Assembly: GCA_965645245.1 (NCBI GenBank)
Contig: OZ287087.1
Coordinates: 1,488,001-1,552,000, forward strand
DNA from: Massalongia carnosa
Lineage: Eukaryota
Length of the DNA stretch: 64,000 nt
Reading direction: 5' to 3'
Every line of letters starts with the position of its first letter. The stretch's first letter is position 1. The notes under the pieces are model-generated. The model ran no database searches. It was given only the letters and a program-made list of their open reading frames with translations, and had not been told where the DNA came from. The position numbers were made by a program, and so were the translations under genes. Below, in pieces: positions 36,901-48,964 of this stretch.

Positions 36901-39846
36901 CATGTCGGAGTTTATTTTCTGGAAGATCTCCGTGGCTTTCTCTTGTGGAGTTCGATTGTATATCTTGGTGGCTTTCCCCATCTCGCAAGCATGACAGAAC
37001 CAACCCTGATTGATATCGTCAACAAACGTTATGTTCAGTGTTTTCAGGTACTTTCGGCATGTCGGTATGTTGAGATGACCAAGACGTGCATGCCAAGTTG
37101 TGAGCTTGAATTTTATGAAAGTTTGATGAATAGCGACGTTTTCTTCTTGATAAGTGTTCTCGTCAATCTTGTTCAGATGCATCCTCATATCTAGAGTGTC
37201 TATGGTTTGTAGCATGAAGTTGCTGTTAACTCTGGGTACATAACATATGATTTTCTTGGTAGGTTCAAGGAACAGTCTCCAGTTCGAGTTATCATAGAAA
37301 ATAGAATGCTGATTGAGTAGTCCAAGGCTGACGAGGCTCACAGGGCATTGAGGAATGTAAAGTACATTGTTGAGGGTCAAAACTGAACAAGGTGATCCGT
37401 CCTCTGATGTCAAAGTTTTTTGGATAGTCCCTCTTCCTGGCGATGTGCCTGTGGACGTTGATCCTGCTAGTCCTGTAGGATAGTCTATGTAGTCAGTGAA
37501 AGAGGGTCTGTGATTGCATACATGCATATCTGCCGCGCTGTCCAATAGCCAAGAACTTCTACTGAGACTTGTCATAGTCATGATCTTCTGTAGTCTAACG
37601 GTCATGACCTTTGTGAGTCAACTGCTCACAGTTGGTAGGTCTGTTGATACAGTGGATGTCGGGACCGTTTCCGTTTTGGAATCAGAGGTCCTTGTTCCTC
37701 TTGTCTTCATAGACTCCAAGGGGTATGTTTGACGTCTCAGATTTGGGTATTTCTGAAAGCATTTCTCTAGTAAGTGGGAAGTCCGCCCTCTTCGGACACA
37801 TTCTGGAAAGGTGCAAGTTCCTGGTGGTGCTTTTCCGTTGTTTCCGGCAACGCCAGTTCTGGAAGCATTGATGTGGAGTGCCTTCCTCTCTGGCCTGCTG
37901 ATGGAGTAAGCGGTGATTGATCTGCATGCAGTCGTGAGGTTCGATCTGCCAGTAATCCAATCCCGACGAAGTTGAGCTATAAGGGGTAGATAGTCCTCGA
38001 TGACGTTTCGTAACAAGTATCCTTGAAGGACTTGTTCTGCTCCCTTTGCGTTCAGTTCCGAGTCCTCATCTATCATGCCTTTTATGGAGTTCAATGCTTT
38101 TTCATACTCAGCGCAGTATTGAGTGACATTCTCATAATTCGTCATCTTCTTGGAGTTCATGTTGTAGAGAGTGTCGGTGATGCTCATGGGTGCGATGTCC
38201 TGAAACTTGATCTTCAAGATTCTCCACATATCGCCAGCTGTGCGGGTTGATATCAGAGTGTGATGCTGTGGGGCGACACGCATTTGAATGATTCCTTCGG
38301 CCTTGAGCATGAGAAGGCTCTGCTTTTCAACGTCAGCTCCGACTTTGGTAAAGATTTGTTCATCCTTGAGATTCGCCTCGGTGAAGCCCATCTCCAAGTA
38401 CTTGCGCTTGACTGTCTGATACGTGATAGCGGCAATGTTGTCTTGAATAGCAAAGATACAATTCTTTTGCTTCAGAATGCCCTCGGTGTGCACAACCCAT
38501 TGTGGATAATCTTCCGCTTTTTCTAACAACTGAATCACGTCTTGAGTAGAACTAGACATCTTGTGAATGAAGAGTAGAAAGCTTGTGAATGAAGAACTTG
38601 ATTTTTATATCTTAGAGTTCTATAATACAATGTGTGAGGGATAAAGTAGGAGGATGATGTGTTGACTTCTCCTTATGAGAAAAACAAGCAGCATTCCTTT
38701 TACTTATCATCATGCACCTCATTGTCCTAGCAATATTTGCTCCAAGCCCATATCCTAGTGAAAATTTGTCTAACACTTGGTGGCTTGATTGTAGTCTGAT
38801 GAACTTTGATCTATCATCGGCTTGTATCCTAGTGAACTTTTACCTATCACTTGGTGGCTTGATTGTAACCTGATGAACTTTGATCTATCATCGGCTTCTA
38901 TCCTAGTGAAATTTTATCTATCACTTGGTGGCTTGATTGTAACCTGATGAACTTTGACCTATCATCGGCTTGTATCCTAGTGAACTTTTATCTATCACTT
39001 GACGACAAGGAAAAACAGAGTCTGAACAGGGATATACCGTTTTCATTTAACAGGCACAGGGCCTGTTAAATGAAACAGGGTTCTTCCACTTTCACTACTC
39101 CCATGTTTTCCCTTCTGTGGCGTTCAAGAAATCTCTTTTGGCAAGGAAGGACTACTTTTCCAAGATGGGTCTGTATCTCTTCCTGCTCCCTGAACCTAGT
39201 TGACATAGTGGTATCCTTTGGTCTTTAGAGGTTCATCGTTCCTTCTAATCTCCAGGCATACACGCTATTCAAAGGTTTGTTGAGATTGCCTTGGGCCTTT
39301 GGGCTAACGGCCTGTCTGGTGTCCAAGGTCTTTGTAGGTATTGTGCATTTGAATTTCGTGTAATGATGCGTGTGCGTAGTTCACGATAGATAATCGTGGT
39401 GAGGTAAATTCTAAGTACGCAAAGAAATATTTTAGTATTGCATCTAAGGGGTTTTTTTTTTGTAAACGATGATGCTTAGCTATTATGCACTGTAGTGCTG
39501 CGGATGAGCAATTCGATTCGTGACTGAATCGATAGCGCCCTTCCGGGCTCATAACCTGTTGAAATAGGTATATGACTATGGCTATATGGCTATGATAAAA
39601 ATGGTATGTATGACCGTGATGTTAAGGATGAAGAGTGCTGTTCAGCAGTCTTTGTCCCATAACTGGTCACCCTCTGCTAAGCGAGGTGATAAGATTATCT
39701 GAGCTGATCTTATCTAATCTCTAGGCTAAGCCTAATACGGCATCTACGGTTTCTGTAGGTGCTCTGTCCATCTTGGGCAGTCGTAGGTGCTATGTTCATT
39801 GAACTGGTAGGTGTTCACTGTACTGGTAGGAGTTGAATATTCAACA
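33943..39846 (-). mobile_element. Ty1/Copia LTR retrotransposon (Copia-2), recent insertion
   Basis: 290-bp LTRs 33943-34232 and 39557-39846, identical by eye; TSD aaggc; PBS ggttatgagccc; gag 37618-38559, pol 34240-37605 (WLLDSAAD, WHARLGH, FVDDL); ~1 kb leader. Confidence 0.96.
38750..39001. repeat. Tandem ~78-bp repeats (about 3 copies) in the Copia-2 leader
   Basis: Repeated tatcctagtgaa...cacttggtggcttgattgta...tgatgaactttga...atcatcggctt. Confidence 0.8.
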
Positions 39847-40952
39847 AAGGCATACGGCGATTTTCTGACGAAGCGCAAACGAATTCAATCAATGTATATC
39901 GAGAAGTGTTATCAATTAAAGATTTAGGTCCGCATCGAAACTTCTTTTGTGGAGTGAATCGACCAACGGTGCATGCATACTGGACCTGACGAATGGTGAT
40001 TTGTAAACGCTCAGCAATTTGTGCATAACTCCATCCCACATCACGCAAAGTGAAAGCTTGAAGACGTTGATCTCTAGATAAATCACATTGTTTTTTAGGA
40101 GTAGCAGGCTCCATAGTTGACGATGATTAAAAATAATGCTGATGCTGATGCTCTGAGCTCGTTAGTAGAAATATTAGCGTGTTTTTACCCCTGTTTGTAC
40201 CGCGCTAACAAAAAACCCCTCGGGGACCACAGTAGCTGCCGCTCTTTGATACCCAGAATGGTTAGCTCCACGGGGTCTTGGCAAGGCCTATAAGGCTCCA
40301 TTTTAGTGTGCCCATGAAGGCCTCGAGGTAGAATAACCAGCCTGACTGACATGCGACAGAATCATCTCTCAATCCACCGGCTGTGCCGGGTCTTTTACAA
40401 CTGGTTCTTCTGAGGCACGCAGTCTGCCTTGATCTTGGGGGCGAGAAAGGTGCCGATTGGGGAGCACTATGGAACTGAAGACGCGACATCATTTCCAAAC
40501 GAATCCCTCGATAGTCCATTAGCCATGTTGAAAGCGGCGGCAAATAGAAACCCTTCTTTGGCGGTCGGCCGTACCTTCTGCAGATCCTCCTTCCACCTCC
40601 CATTGCACTTCGCAGATGGACCATGTGTGCATTCTCATCTCGTTGCTCAACAAGCCAATCAAACGACGAGCTGCGAGGCTTTGCCTGATCGGCGAATCAT
40701 TTTGCAATAGACCAATGAGGGAGTGTTTGAGTGATCCCTTGAAATGGCCGGTAGCAGCGATGCTGGTGAGGCTCAACAAGCTCAACCCGGTCGAGGCAGC
40801 CTTGCGCCTTTGCCTTCGACGGGACATCATAAGGATTTTAATCCCCACTCAGATGGTAGCCTCACCTCGACTTGTTGTTCGCCTGGTTGCTCAGAAATTT
40901 ATTCACGTGGACCGCTGCCCATGCCAATCGACATCAATCTCCTCTCTTCGCC

Positions 40953-43002
40953 ATGACTCCTAGACGGCTGACCCATCAAGACTACTCGGTAGGATGGGTC
41001 TGTGCATTGAAGGAGGAGCTGGCGGCGGCCACGGCCATATTAGATATGGAACATCCAGAACTTCAGAACCCCCCCAGCGACCCAAATGCCTACATCCTTG
41101 GGTCTATTGCTGACCATGATATTGCAATAGCATCCCTTCCGGAAGGAGACCTTGGCAATAATCCAGCGGCGACCGTTGCTACTCGCATGACCAGCACTTT
41201 CCCATCGGTTAAGTTCTGGTTGAGGGTCGGCGTCGGCGGTGGAGTGCCACCGACAGTCAGACTGGGCGATGTGGTGATCAGCACTCCGGTATATGAATAT
41301 CCCGGAGTAATACAGTGGGACTTGGGCAAAGCGCAACCAGACAACTTCAAGCGAATCGGCACATTGAACAAACCTCCAGAGGTGCTTCTTGCAGCCGTCA
41401 AGAAGTTGAGAGCGCAACATGAGAGGCTTGGTCATGATACACGTTTCCTCTCTATCCTGGAAGAAATTCGATTGCAAGAACCGCCATATTTCGTCTCAAG
41501 ATATTTGAACCGCAAAACCCTTGAAGACCTCCTGTTTCCGGCAGATTACAACCACGAGGCCAGTCCAACGAATTGTCGAGATTGCGATCGATCGAAAATA
41601 GTCAATAGAGGGCCTTGGACATGTGAAACAGAAATACACTATGGTTTAATTGCTTCTGGAAATGCCGTTGTCGAAGATGCTACGAGACGAGACATGATCA
41701 ATGAAAAGCTCAACGGAAACGTCCTTTGTTTCGAAATGGAGGCGGCAGGCATAACAAACAGTCATCCTTGTCTGGTGATCCGAGGCATCTGTGGTAAGGT
41801 ATCGTACTCGTACGCTCGGTCGTTCTGTTCCTAATTAGGCCGAGCAGATTATTCGGATTCGCACAAAAACTACCAGTGGCAGCCATATGCAGCTCTTGCA
41901 GCAGCAGCTGTTGCGAAGGAACTTCTTGAGTTCGTTACGCCCATCTAGGTCATTAATATGCCACTGGCTACTGAACTTCTGGACGAAATAAGGAATGGTT
42001 AGTTCAAGATTTTCAAGGCGGAAACATGCTGCTGACGTCAATTAGTGAGGAAAGAGGCAGCGAGGAAAGAGGCAGCGAGGAAAGAGGCAGCGAGGAAAGA
42101 GGCAGCGAAAGAAAGGAAGCATATCCTGGCTTGGTTGTCGCCTCTCTCGTTCATTGCAAAGCATGAGGAACTCTTCACAGGCTGCTTCAAGAAAACGGGC
42201 GAGTGGTTATGGCAAGACCAGCGGTTCAAGAACTGGGCCGAAGGGCGCCCCTGGTACTTACAGTGTATGGGTGAACCCGGAGTGGGAAAAACAGTAATCT
42301 CGTGTATCCTGAGGCATCACCTAACGAAATCTCAACGACCGCCACTGATTCTTTCTATGTTCCTTGATTACAAAGCTTCAAGCGCCCAGACTTTACCGAA
42401 TCTGATGGGAAGCCTGCTCAAGCAGATGATCCAACTTGACGAACTGTACCCCATACCCGCCGAATTGAAGAAATTGTATCAGATGACGACGCGTTTAGAA
42501 CTTAAGCCAGAGTCTTACTTTGACAATGTTCGCAAGATTTTGGTCGCGGAGCTTGACCGGTACGACCGAATCTATCTTATTGTTGATGGATTCGACGAAC
42601 TTGCGTCAAGAGAACGAATAGCTCTTAAGAGAGAGCTCTTAAAGCTACGACCTGAAAAATTAAGTTTGGCAATTACGATGAGACCGATCGAGGGAGAAGA
42701 AACGCGCATAATTGGCGATATCGGGTGCGATAGATGCAAGGAAGAAGACCTCAAAGTGTACTTCCGGTGTAAGATCTGCAATGTAGGCAACTATGATATA
42801 TGCCTTGACTGCAAGGATCGGGGGCTCCGGTGTCTAGACGATACACATCAGCTAACTGAGGTAAGTCCTTTGGGGACCCACTTCTGAGCCATCCTGTCCC
42901 CCAATCGTTTATCGACAGTGCCTATGCTGACCACCGCAACCTTCCCAGCCATACGGCCAAATCCAGGTTAAAGTGCCTATACCCAATAAAGACATTGAGT
43001 AA
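40953..43002 (+). pseudogene. Truncated inverted duplicate of the PNP_UDP_1-NACHT-ZZ NLR; open frame covers only the PNP_UDP_1 domain
   Basis: Near-identical to 51629-53560(-); TAG at 41946-41948 where the other copy has CAG; homology ends at TAA 43000-43002. Confidence 0.88.
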
Positions 43003-43766
43003 AATTTGGGGGTGAATGAGGAGTGAGATTTCATGTGACGAGATTAGGAGATAAAGGCGCCAAGGGTAACTGGTTTAGAACGAGGGAAAGTTGAACATTT
43101 CACAATCGGTAGCGCGCAAAGGGGGTTCTTGAAGCATATTCATCTTGCAAAGAATCAATTATTCAAAACCCGCGCTGTCGCCCCCGGAGCGAAACATTTG
43201 TCGCTTGGCTCTGTTCCGTCCGGTGTGGATCTGCTTGGCTCTCCACGCCCGGTTCAAAACGCCTTCCCCATGCTCGAGGAGAACACGAAAAAGCTCTCGA
43301 TCCCCAATGCTACGCAGACCATTCTGTAAAAAGAAATCCTCTGCTCTTTCTTTCTTTCCTCCGTATCGCTCCCTCTCGCTGGTTTCTCTGTCGTTCTCAT
43401 CTCGGGGTTAGATGGATGGTTGGATGGAACCGTGGCGGTGTAAGTGTTGTGATACTAGCGAACCACCCCGTGGGAAACCCCGTGGGAAAAAAAGGGGGGG
43501 GGTGTTTCGGGTCCCACGAGCGCAAAGCACTTGGGTGGGGAAATTAAATAGTTAGTGTTGAGGATGGTTTGTCGCGATAGATAGCAATGTCGTTGTTTAA
43601 CTGTAGTAGGTGATTATGGAATGTTATTTCTCATCAGTGAATTTAAAAAAAAAAAGCTTGACAGATCGGGGTACTTCCTCCTTCCTTTCCCGGTCTTCTA
43701 CCCGCCACTTTTATTTTTATTTTTAATTGCTTCATTAATCGTATGCAGTGCAAGGGCTATGATGAT

Positions 43767-46700
43767 TTGATTTGATTTGATTATTCTTACGCCGTTGTGT
43801 CACCGGCCGAAGGCCGGCCCATGCGGAAGATGCTATATAAGCTATGTAATAAGTAGAAAACCCAAAGGTGAAAAACTACTCCTGCGTATCCGCTTCATCG
43901 GGGGTTCGCCGCTCCCGCGGATTGATTCCTGTATCTCGAAAATCTGCGATACCTGTTTTTCAAACTGAAGAGAGACTGCCCGGCTGCTGTTCAAGCAGTT
44001 GCGTGGCAATGGAATACTGTGTTAAAATACCTGTGCGCATGAGCCACGCGGTTACTACTTTGAGAGCTTTGGGTTCGGTGATTAGCTTGCGGTAGTCTGA
44101 CGAGCCTGCCGTTCGTAGCATGTGCGTTCTGTGTTCGTGCAGTCTACAGAACATGATTACATGTTTGGCTGTTTGTAAGAGGCTTCCGCAGGGACATGCC
44201 GCCGAGTTCACACCTGGGACCTTGCGCCGATATAGAAAGTTGGCCAGTCCGATTTTTTCCGTTCTTATCTGTGTTGCTAGTGAGCTTTGCGCTTTATCTA
44301 GTAACTTGTGTGCGTTAAGCCTTTTCCTGTGTATAGGCGCCTGTTGTGCGATCGTGGGATATAACGTGTTTTTTGCTTGATATGCTTTCCACTTGTTGAT
44401 CCACTGATTCTCAAAGTGCTTCTTTATTATCCCGTCTCGTTGGTTCTGCGTCGTTACTTGCGCTGTGCGTTGTCTCTTCTGTGCCTCGTCGATCGTTGTC
44501 CAGGGAGGGGGAGAGGGTTGATCCAGTTTAACTGTTTTCGGTGCGTCTTTCGTCATCTTTGTTACCCATTCTCGTTTACGAGTTCCCGGTGTTTTCTCTG
44601 CGACTCGCGATTGACCTCTTTTACCTCTGAGTTTCACTTGAATTCTATTGCACGCCTGCTTTATAATTTTTTCCTGTTCGCTGTTCGAGATTCTGGATCT
44701 CGTTTTTGCTTGTAAGCGGTCTAGATGTTGCGTTAAGGGTTAAGGAGCCGTGGCGAGCGGCCCATCGTTCGCAGTCGTCATGTATTTTTTCCAGCGTATT
44801 GCAATTCTCTTCGGTGGACTTTCCGTACGCCAGTATATTGACGTCGTCTACGAAACCCATGCCCGCTACGTTGGTACCTAGTCTATTGCAAATATCGAGT
44901 AAGTCTGCATTATAAAAGAGATATAGAATGGGAGACAAAGGAGATCCTTGCGGAATTCCTATATTCAGCTGGAATGCGTTGGTTGTTCGTTGATTGATCG
45001 TGAGAGTGGTTTCTCTTTCCTTGAGGAAGCTTTCTGTCCATTTCGTGATCCATTCCGGAATTTTTCTCTTTCTCAGATTATGAATAAGCCTACGATGTGA
45101 AACCGTATCGAAGGCGCCTGAGACGTCGATACTAAGAAGCGATGCTACTTTGTCTTTCCCTTGATTCCAGACCGTGTGTACCTGCTCCGTGAGCAGTTCG
45201 AGCGCTGTGTCCGTTGCGCGGCCTGGTCTTGCTCTCATTTGCGTGTCTGGAATTAATCTGAGTTTTTCCGTTAAATAGCTTATTTTCCTCGCTATAATGG
45301 ATTCTAGCATTTTTCCAAGCGTGTTTAGGAGCGCAATGGGTCTCCACGCCTTAGGATCCGCGTAATTACTCTTCCTGGTTTCTTCAGCGTGATGGTGTTA
45401 GCGGTTTTGAACGCTCGAAGATGATAACCCTGCTCTGCGCAGGCCTGGAACAGTGGTGTCAGCAACTTGATCAGATTTTCCGAGCATGCCTTGAGAATTC
45501 TATTTGTGATCCCGTCCGGACCGGGTGCCTTGTCTGGTTTCGGCCTACGAAGCGCTGCCGCCACTTCTTCTTTCGTGAACAGGATGGGGCAGTCTGGGGT
45601 TTGCGGGTACGTGTATCCTACGATGTCGCTGAGATCTGCGTCCGGGGGTGGGGGGAAGAAAGATTTCTTAAGCATTTTCGCTTTCTCTTCGAAGGTATTG
45701 GCTATCGTATCAGGGTCCTGGGTTGTGGCCAGGGGGGGCATTTTGGGGATTTCTCTGGGGGCGTCACTTTTGTTTTTACCCCACTTTGCTAGACGGAAGA
45801 GTCCGGATTGGGAAGTTGTGATTGTGGCTATTTGCTGTTTGAAGCAGAGATTTTTTGCTTTACCGATAATTTTTTGTTTCTTATCGTTTGCTTTAACGTA
45901 GTATTTCCAATCCGCTAGGTTTCTTTCCGCGGTCCAGATTCTTCGTAGCCTACGAGTCTCTCTTGTTGCGTCGTCGCATTCCTTATTGCAAAAGGGTTTC
46001 GCCTCCGGGCTTGGTCTGGCCCATGGTACTGCTTTATCTACGATTTCCTTGAGGTAATCCTGGATTTCCTTGGTATATTGATCGATTTCCTCGATGCTGT
46101 GCGGCATGCGTGGTGCGGGGGTTCTTTTCTCGATTTCTTTTACCTTGTCCATGTTTAGAAGTTTCCAGGCCCTTCGTGGGAGCTTTGTCAGGGGTTCGCA
46201 GGAGAGCCGCAGTCTCGTTGAAATCGGTATGTGATCGGAATCTTGATTCATCTCCGGGACCGTGGTGCATTGTTCCAATCTCTCCGTTAAAATCTTCTGT
46301 CATGAAAACCAGATCAATGGTGCTGGTCGAGTTTCTTGCTTCCCATGTAATTGTTCCTCTTGGAAGTGTGAGAGAGAGGTTTTTGTTTTCTATAATGTCC
46401 AGCAGTTGTTCGGACGCCTCGTGCTGTCCTCGTACCCCTGCTCCACCCCAGTATGGGTGATGGAGATTGAAGTCTCCTAGAAGAATATGCTCTCCGAGGT
46501 CTTGTAGTTGGTGTAATACGGTCGATAGGGTGGACGGGCTAGTTATCGAGGAATTGGATAAGGGCGATGGATTGTATACGTTGTGTATGTGAATCATTTT
46601 TGTTCCGTTTCCGATTTTTACTTTTATTTCAAATGTGCTCATATCCTTTGACGGGTATTCCACTTCCCAGCTTTCTGGGTCTATTTTGTTATTGATATAA

Positions 46701-48690
46701 AAGCAAACTCGCGTGTCGCCCCCTGGTTTATAAAGAAGATGGAACCCACTTTGATAGGGGTTAAGAAGTAGGGACGTCGTAGGGTTTTTCCACGGTTCTT
46801 GAATAGCTATGATGTCGAAATCCTGTGTTCTTTTATCTGACAGCAAGGGTATCAGTGTGCCTTTTGCACTTTTCCTGACATTGTACTGCAGTATCGTAAG
46901 GGTTTCTGTGTTCTTCATAGCATTCTTTCGTTGAGTTGTATCTCGTTGGTGTTTCTTGCTCTAGTCATCGGACGTCCTCTTTTCGGTTTGGCGAAGACCG
47001 ACTCTCTGTTTTCTGGGTTCATTATTTTTGCCCTCGTCGACCCCCATTCTTCCCTCCCTCGTAGAATCCTCTGTTCTTGTGCTTCTTATGGTGATAACGA
47101 GCGCGACCGAGTGACTCTCAGTTCTCTAATTGATCTCGCACTTTCTTTTCTCTTACTTATCGTCTTCGTAGTTTCTGTCATTTCCACTTCGTTTTCCGCC
47201 TCTTCTCCTTCCTGCGGCTCCGCCTCGTTGGTGATGTGTGTCGATGGGAACTCGTTTTGTGAGGCGTCGGTGGGTTTGTTTGATTGGTGTTGTTGATTCC
47301 CATGACCTGCTTCGGTTTCGTCCTCGACTACGACTTCCATACGCCCCCCTGCGCTTGGCTGAGGATTGCTTTATTTCCTTTGGGTGGGGGCGGCACTGCG
47401 TACAAGCGCCGGCGTGATTCTCTTATGATTTCCGTGCGGTGTTTTTTCTCTTTCCTGATTTGGCATTCCGCTACCCACGCTGGGTGTCCCTTGTCCCCGC
47501 ACACTGCGCATCGTAGGGACCTTCCGGTTCTGCTGCATGGGCAGTTTCTGCTGTCGTGCCTTCCGACGCAGTACCCGCAGACGGTGGGATTTTTGCAAAA
47601 CTTCGCGATGTGTCCGTATTGCTGACAATTGAAGCATTGCGTGAGCTTGCAGCCGGCTTCGAAGAGCTCGCATGTTTTTATTTCCCCTTCGTCCGCCAGT
47701 CCTACGAGGATCAAACGATTGGCCATTTCTGCAGTTTCTACCTCGATGAGTAACGAGGCGTAGCGCTTGTTTTGTTTGCGGGCTCTGGCGCTCCAGGCTA
47801 CTCGATTGATTTTCAGTCCTTCATGCAATCCTGCGTTTTCCTTTGTCAAGTATTCCAATGCTTTCGCTTACTTTGATCCTCTCACTTCGTTCATTTTTAC
47901 TCCGTGAGCTAGAATTGCATAGCCTTCTTTGCGTATCGTCGCTGATGCAGCAACTCTCTTTATCCATTCCGAGTGTGCTTGCAAGGTTTCCTTGACTTCC
48001 TGTGTTTTTACGTGAATTTTTAGATCTCCACTTGGTAGTCGTCGGATGCCCGTCACCTCTTCGTTAGAGACTCGTAGGGCGTCTACTATTTCCTTTGTGG
48101 TCTTTTTACTTAGGGCTTCCTGCTCCTTGGGGTCTTCTATTCTCACTATGATTTCCTTCATTTTCTCTTCTCTCTGAGGGTGTTTTCCTCGTTGAGGCCT
48201 TGATTCTTCACTTCGGTTTCCTGTCCGCTTTTACGCTTTCCTGCTGCGACCGCCGCGTAGCTGAGAGCCTTGCCGTTATTCTCGCCCTGTTTTTCTATCT
48301 TCTTCAATCTTTGCTGAATATCCTGCAATGTATCTTGAAAATTTTCCTGCGTCGACGCGTCGAGCGCGTCGCGTTCCGATGAAGTTTTTTCAATGAACTC
48401 AACAAGATCGATTATCCAACGCCTCGCCTCCGCGCCGGCTACAATCACATCTGCTCTTTCCAGAAATTCTCTTGCTTTGCTTGTTAACTCGTGAGTTTCA
48501 CTTATCTCTTGCCCTTGGGCGTCGACACTCGTTGTCGTATTCATTTTCTTAAAATCCTGGGGCTATTTTATCGCTATATATCCTCTTGTCTCCGTTATAT
48601 TGAGTGTAAAATATATCGTAAAACACGGATGAGTCTATGAAATGTTTCATTTACAACGTTCAGGATTTTAAATAAGGAGGGGTTTTTTGG
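43767..48690 (-). mobile_element. Tad1-like LINE, full length but frameshifted
   Basis: ORF1 with [14 protein letters not shown] knuckles; ORF2 APE (IAIQEPW, GDFNLHHPYW, SDHIPI), RT (KAPGPDG, PQGSPLSP, FVDD), C-terminal CPCG..QTAKHV; (aatca)n 3' tail; TSD gggctatgaYgat at 43754-43766 and 48691-48703. Confidence 0.92.
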
Positions 48691-48964
48691 GGGCTATGAC
48701 GATATAACAGATGTAATAAATACAAATATTCGCAAAGGTGTGAAAACTGATACGCCCATCAAGTAAAAACCCCACATTCTTCACAATTCCTTCGAGGCAG
48801 TGTAGAGCAATCATTCCATGACGCAGGATACACACAGCTTTTCCAACATCAGAAACTCTATAGATTCAAAAACCTAGACAGCGGAATAACGTTCGAATTC
48901 CTTCTTCAGCGATTGCTATTCCTTATCGTTGTTGACATACAAGACTGGTCATTGCAGATGAGCT

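Larger units (their letters stand above)
26804..40232 (-). mobile_element. Tc1-like DNA transposon split by three LTR insertions
   Basis: Imperfect TIRs ctgtggt...ttttttgttagcgcggtaca / tgtaccgcgctaacaaaaaa...accacag, TA TSD; transposase from ATG 40114 with ILWCDETW, FMQDNTPGH, SPDLNPIEHV. Confidence 0.9.
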
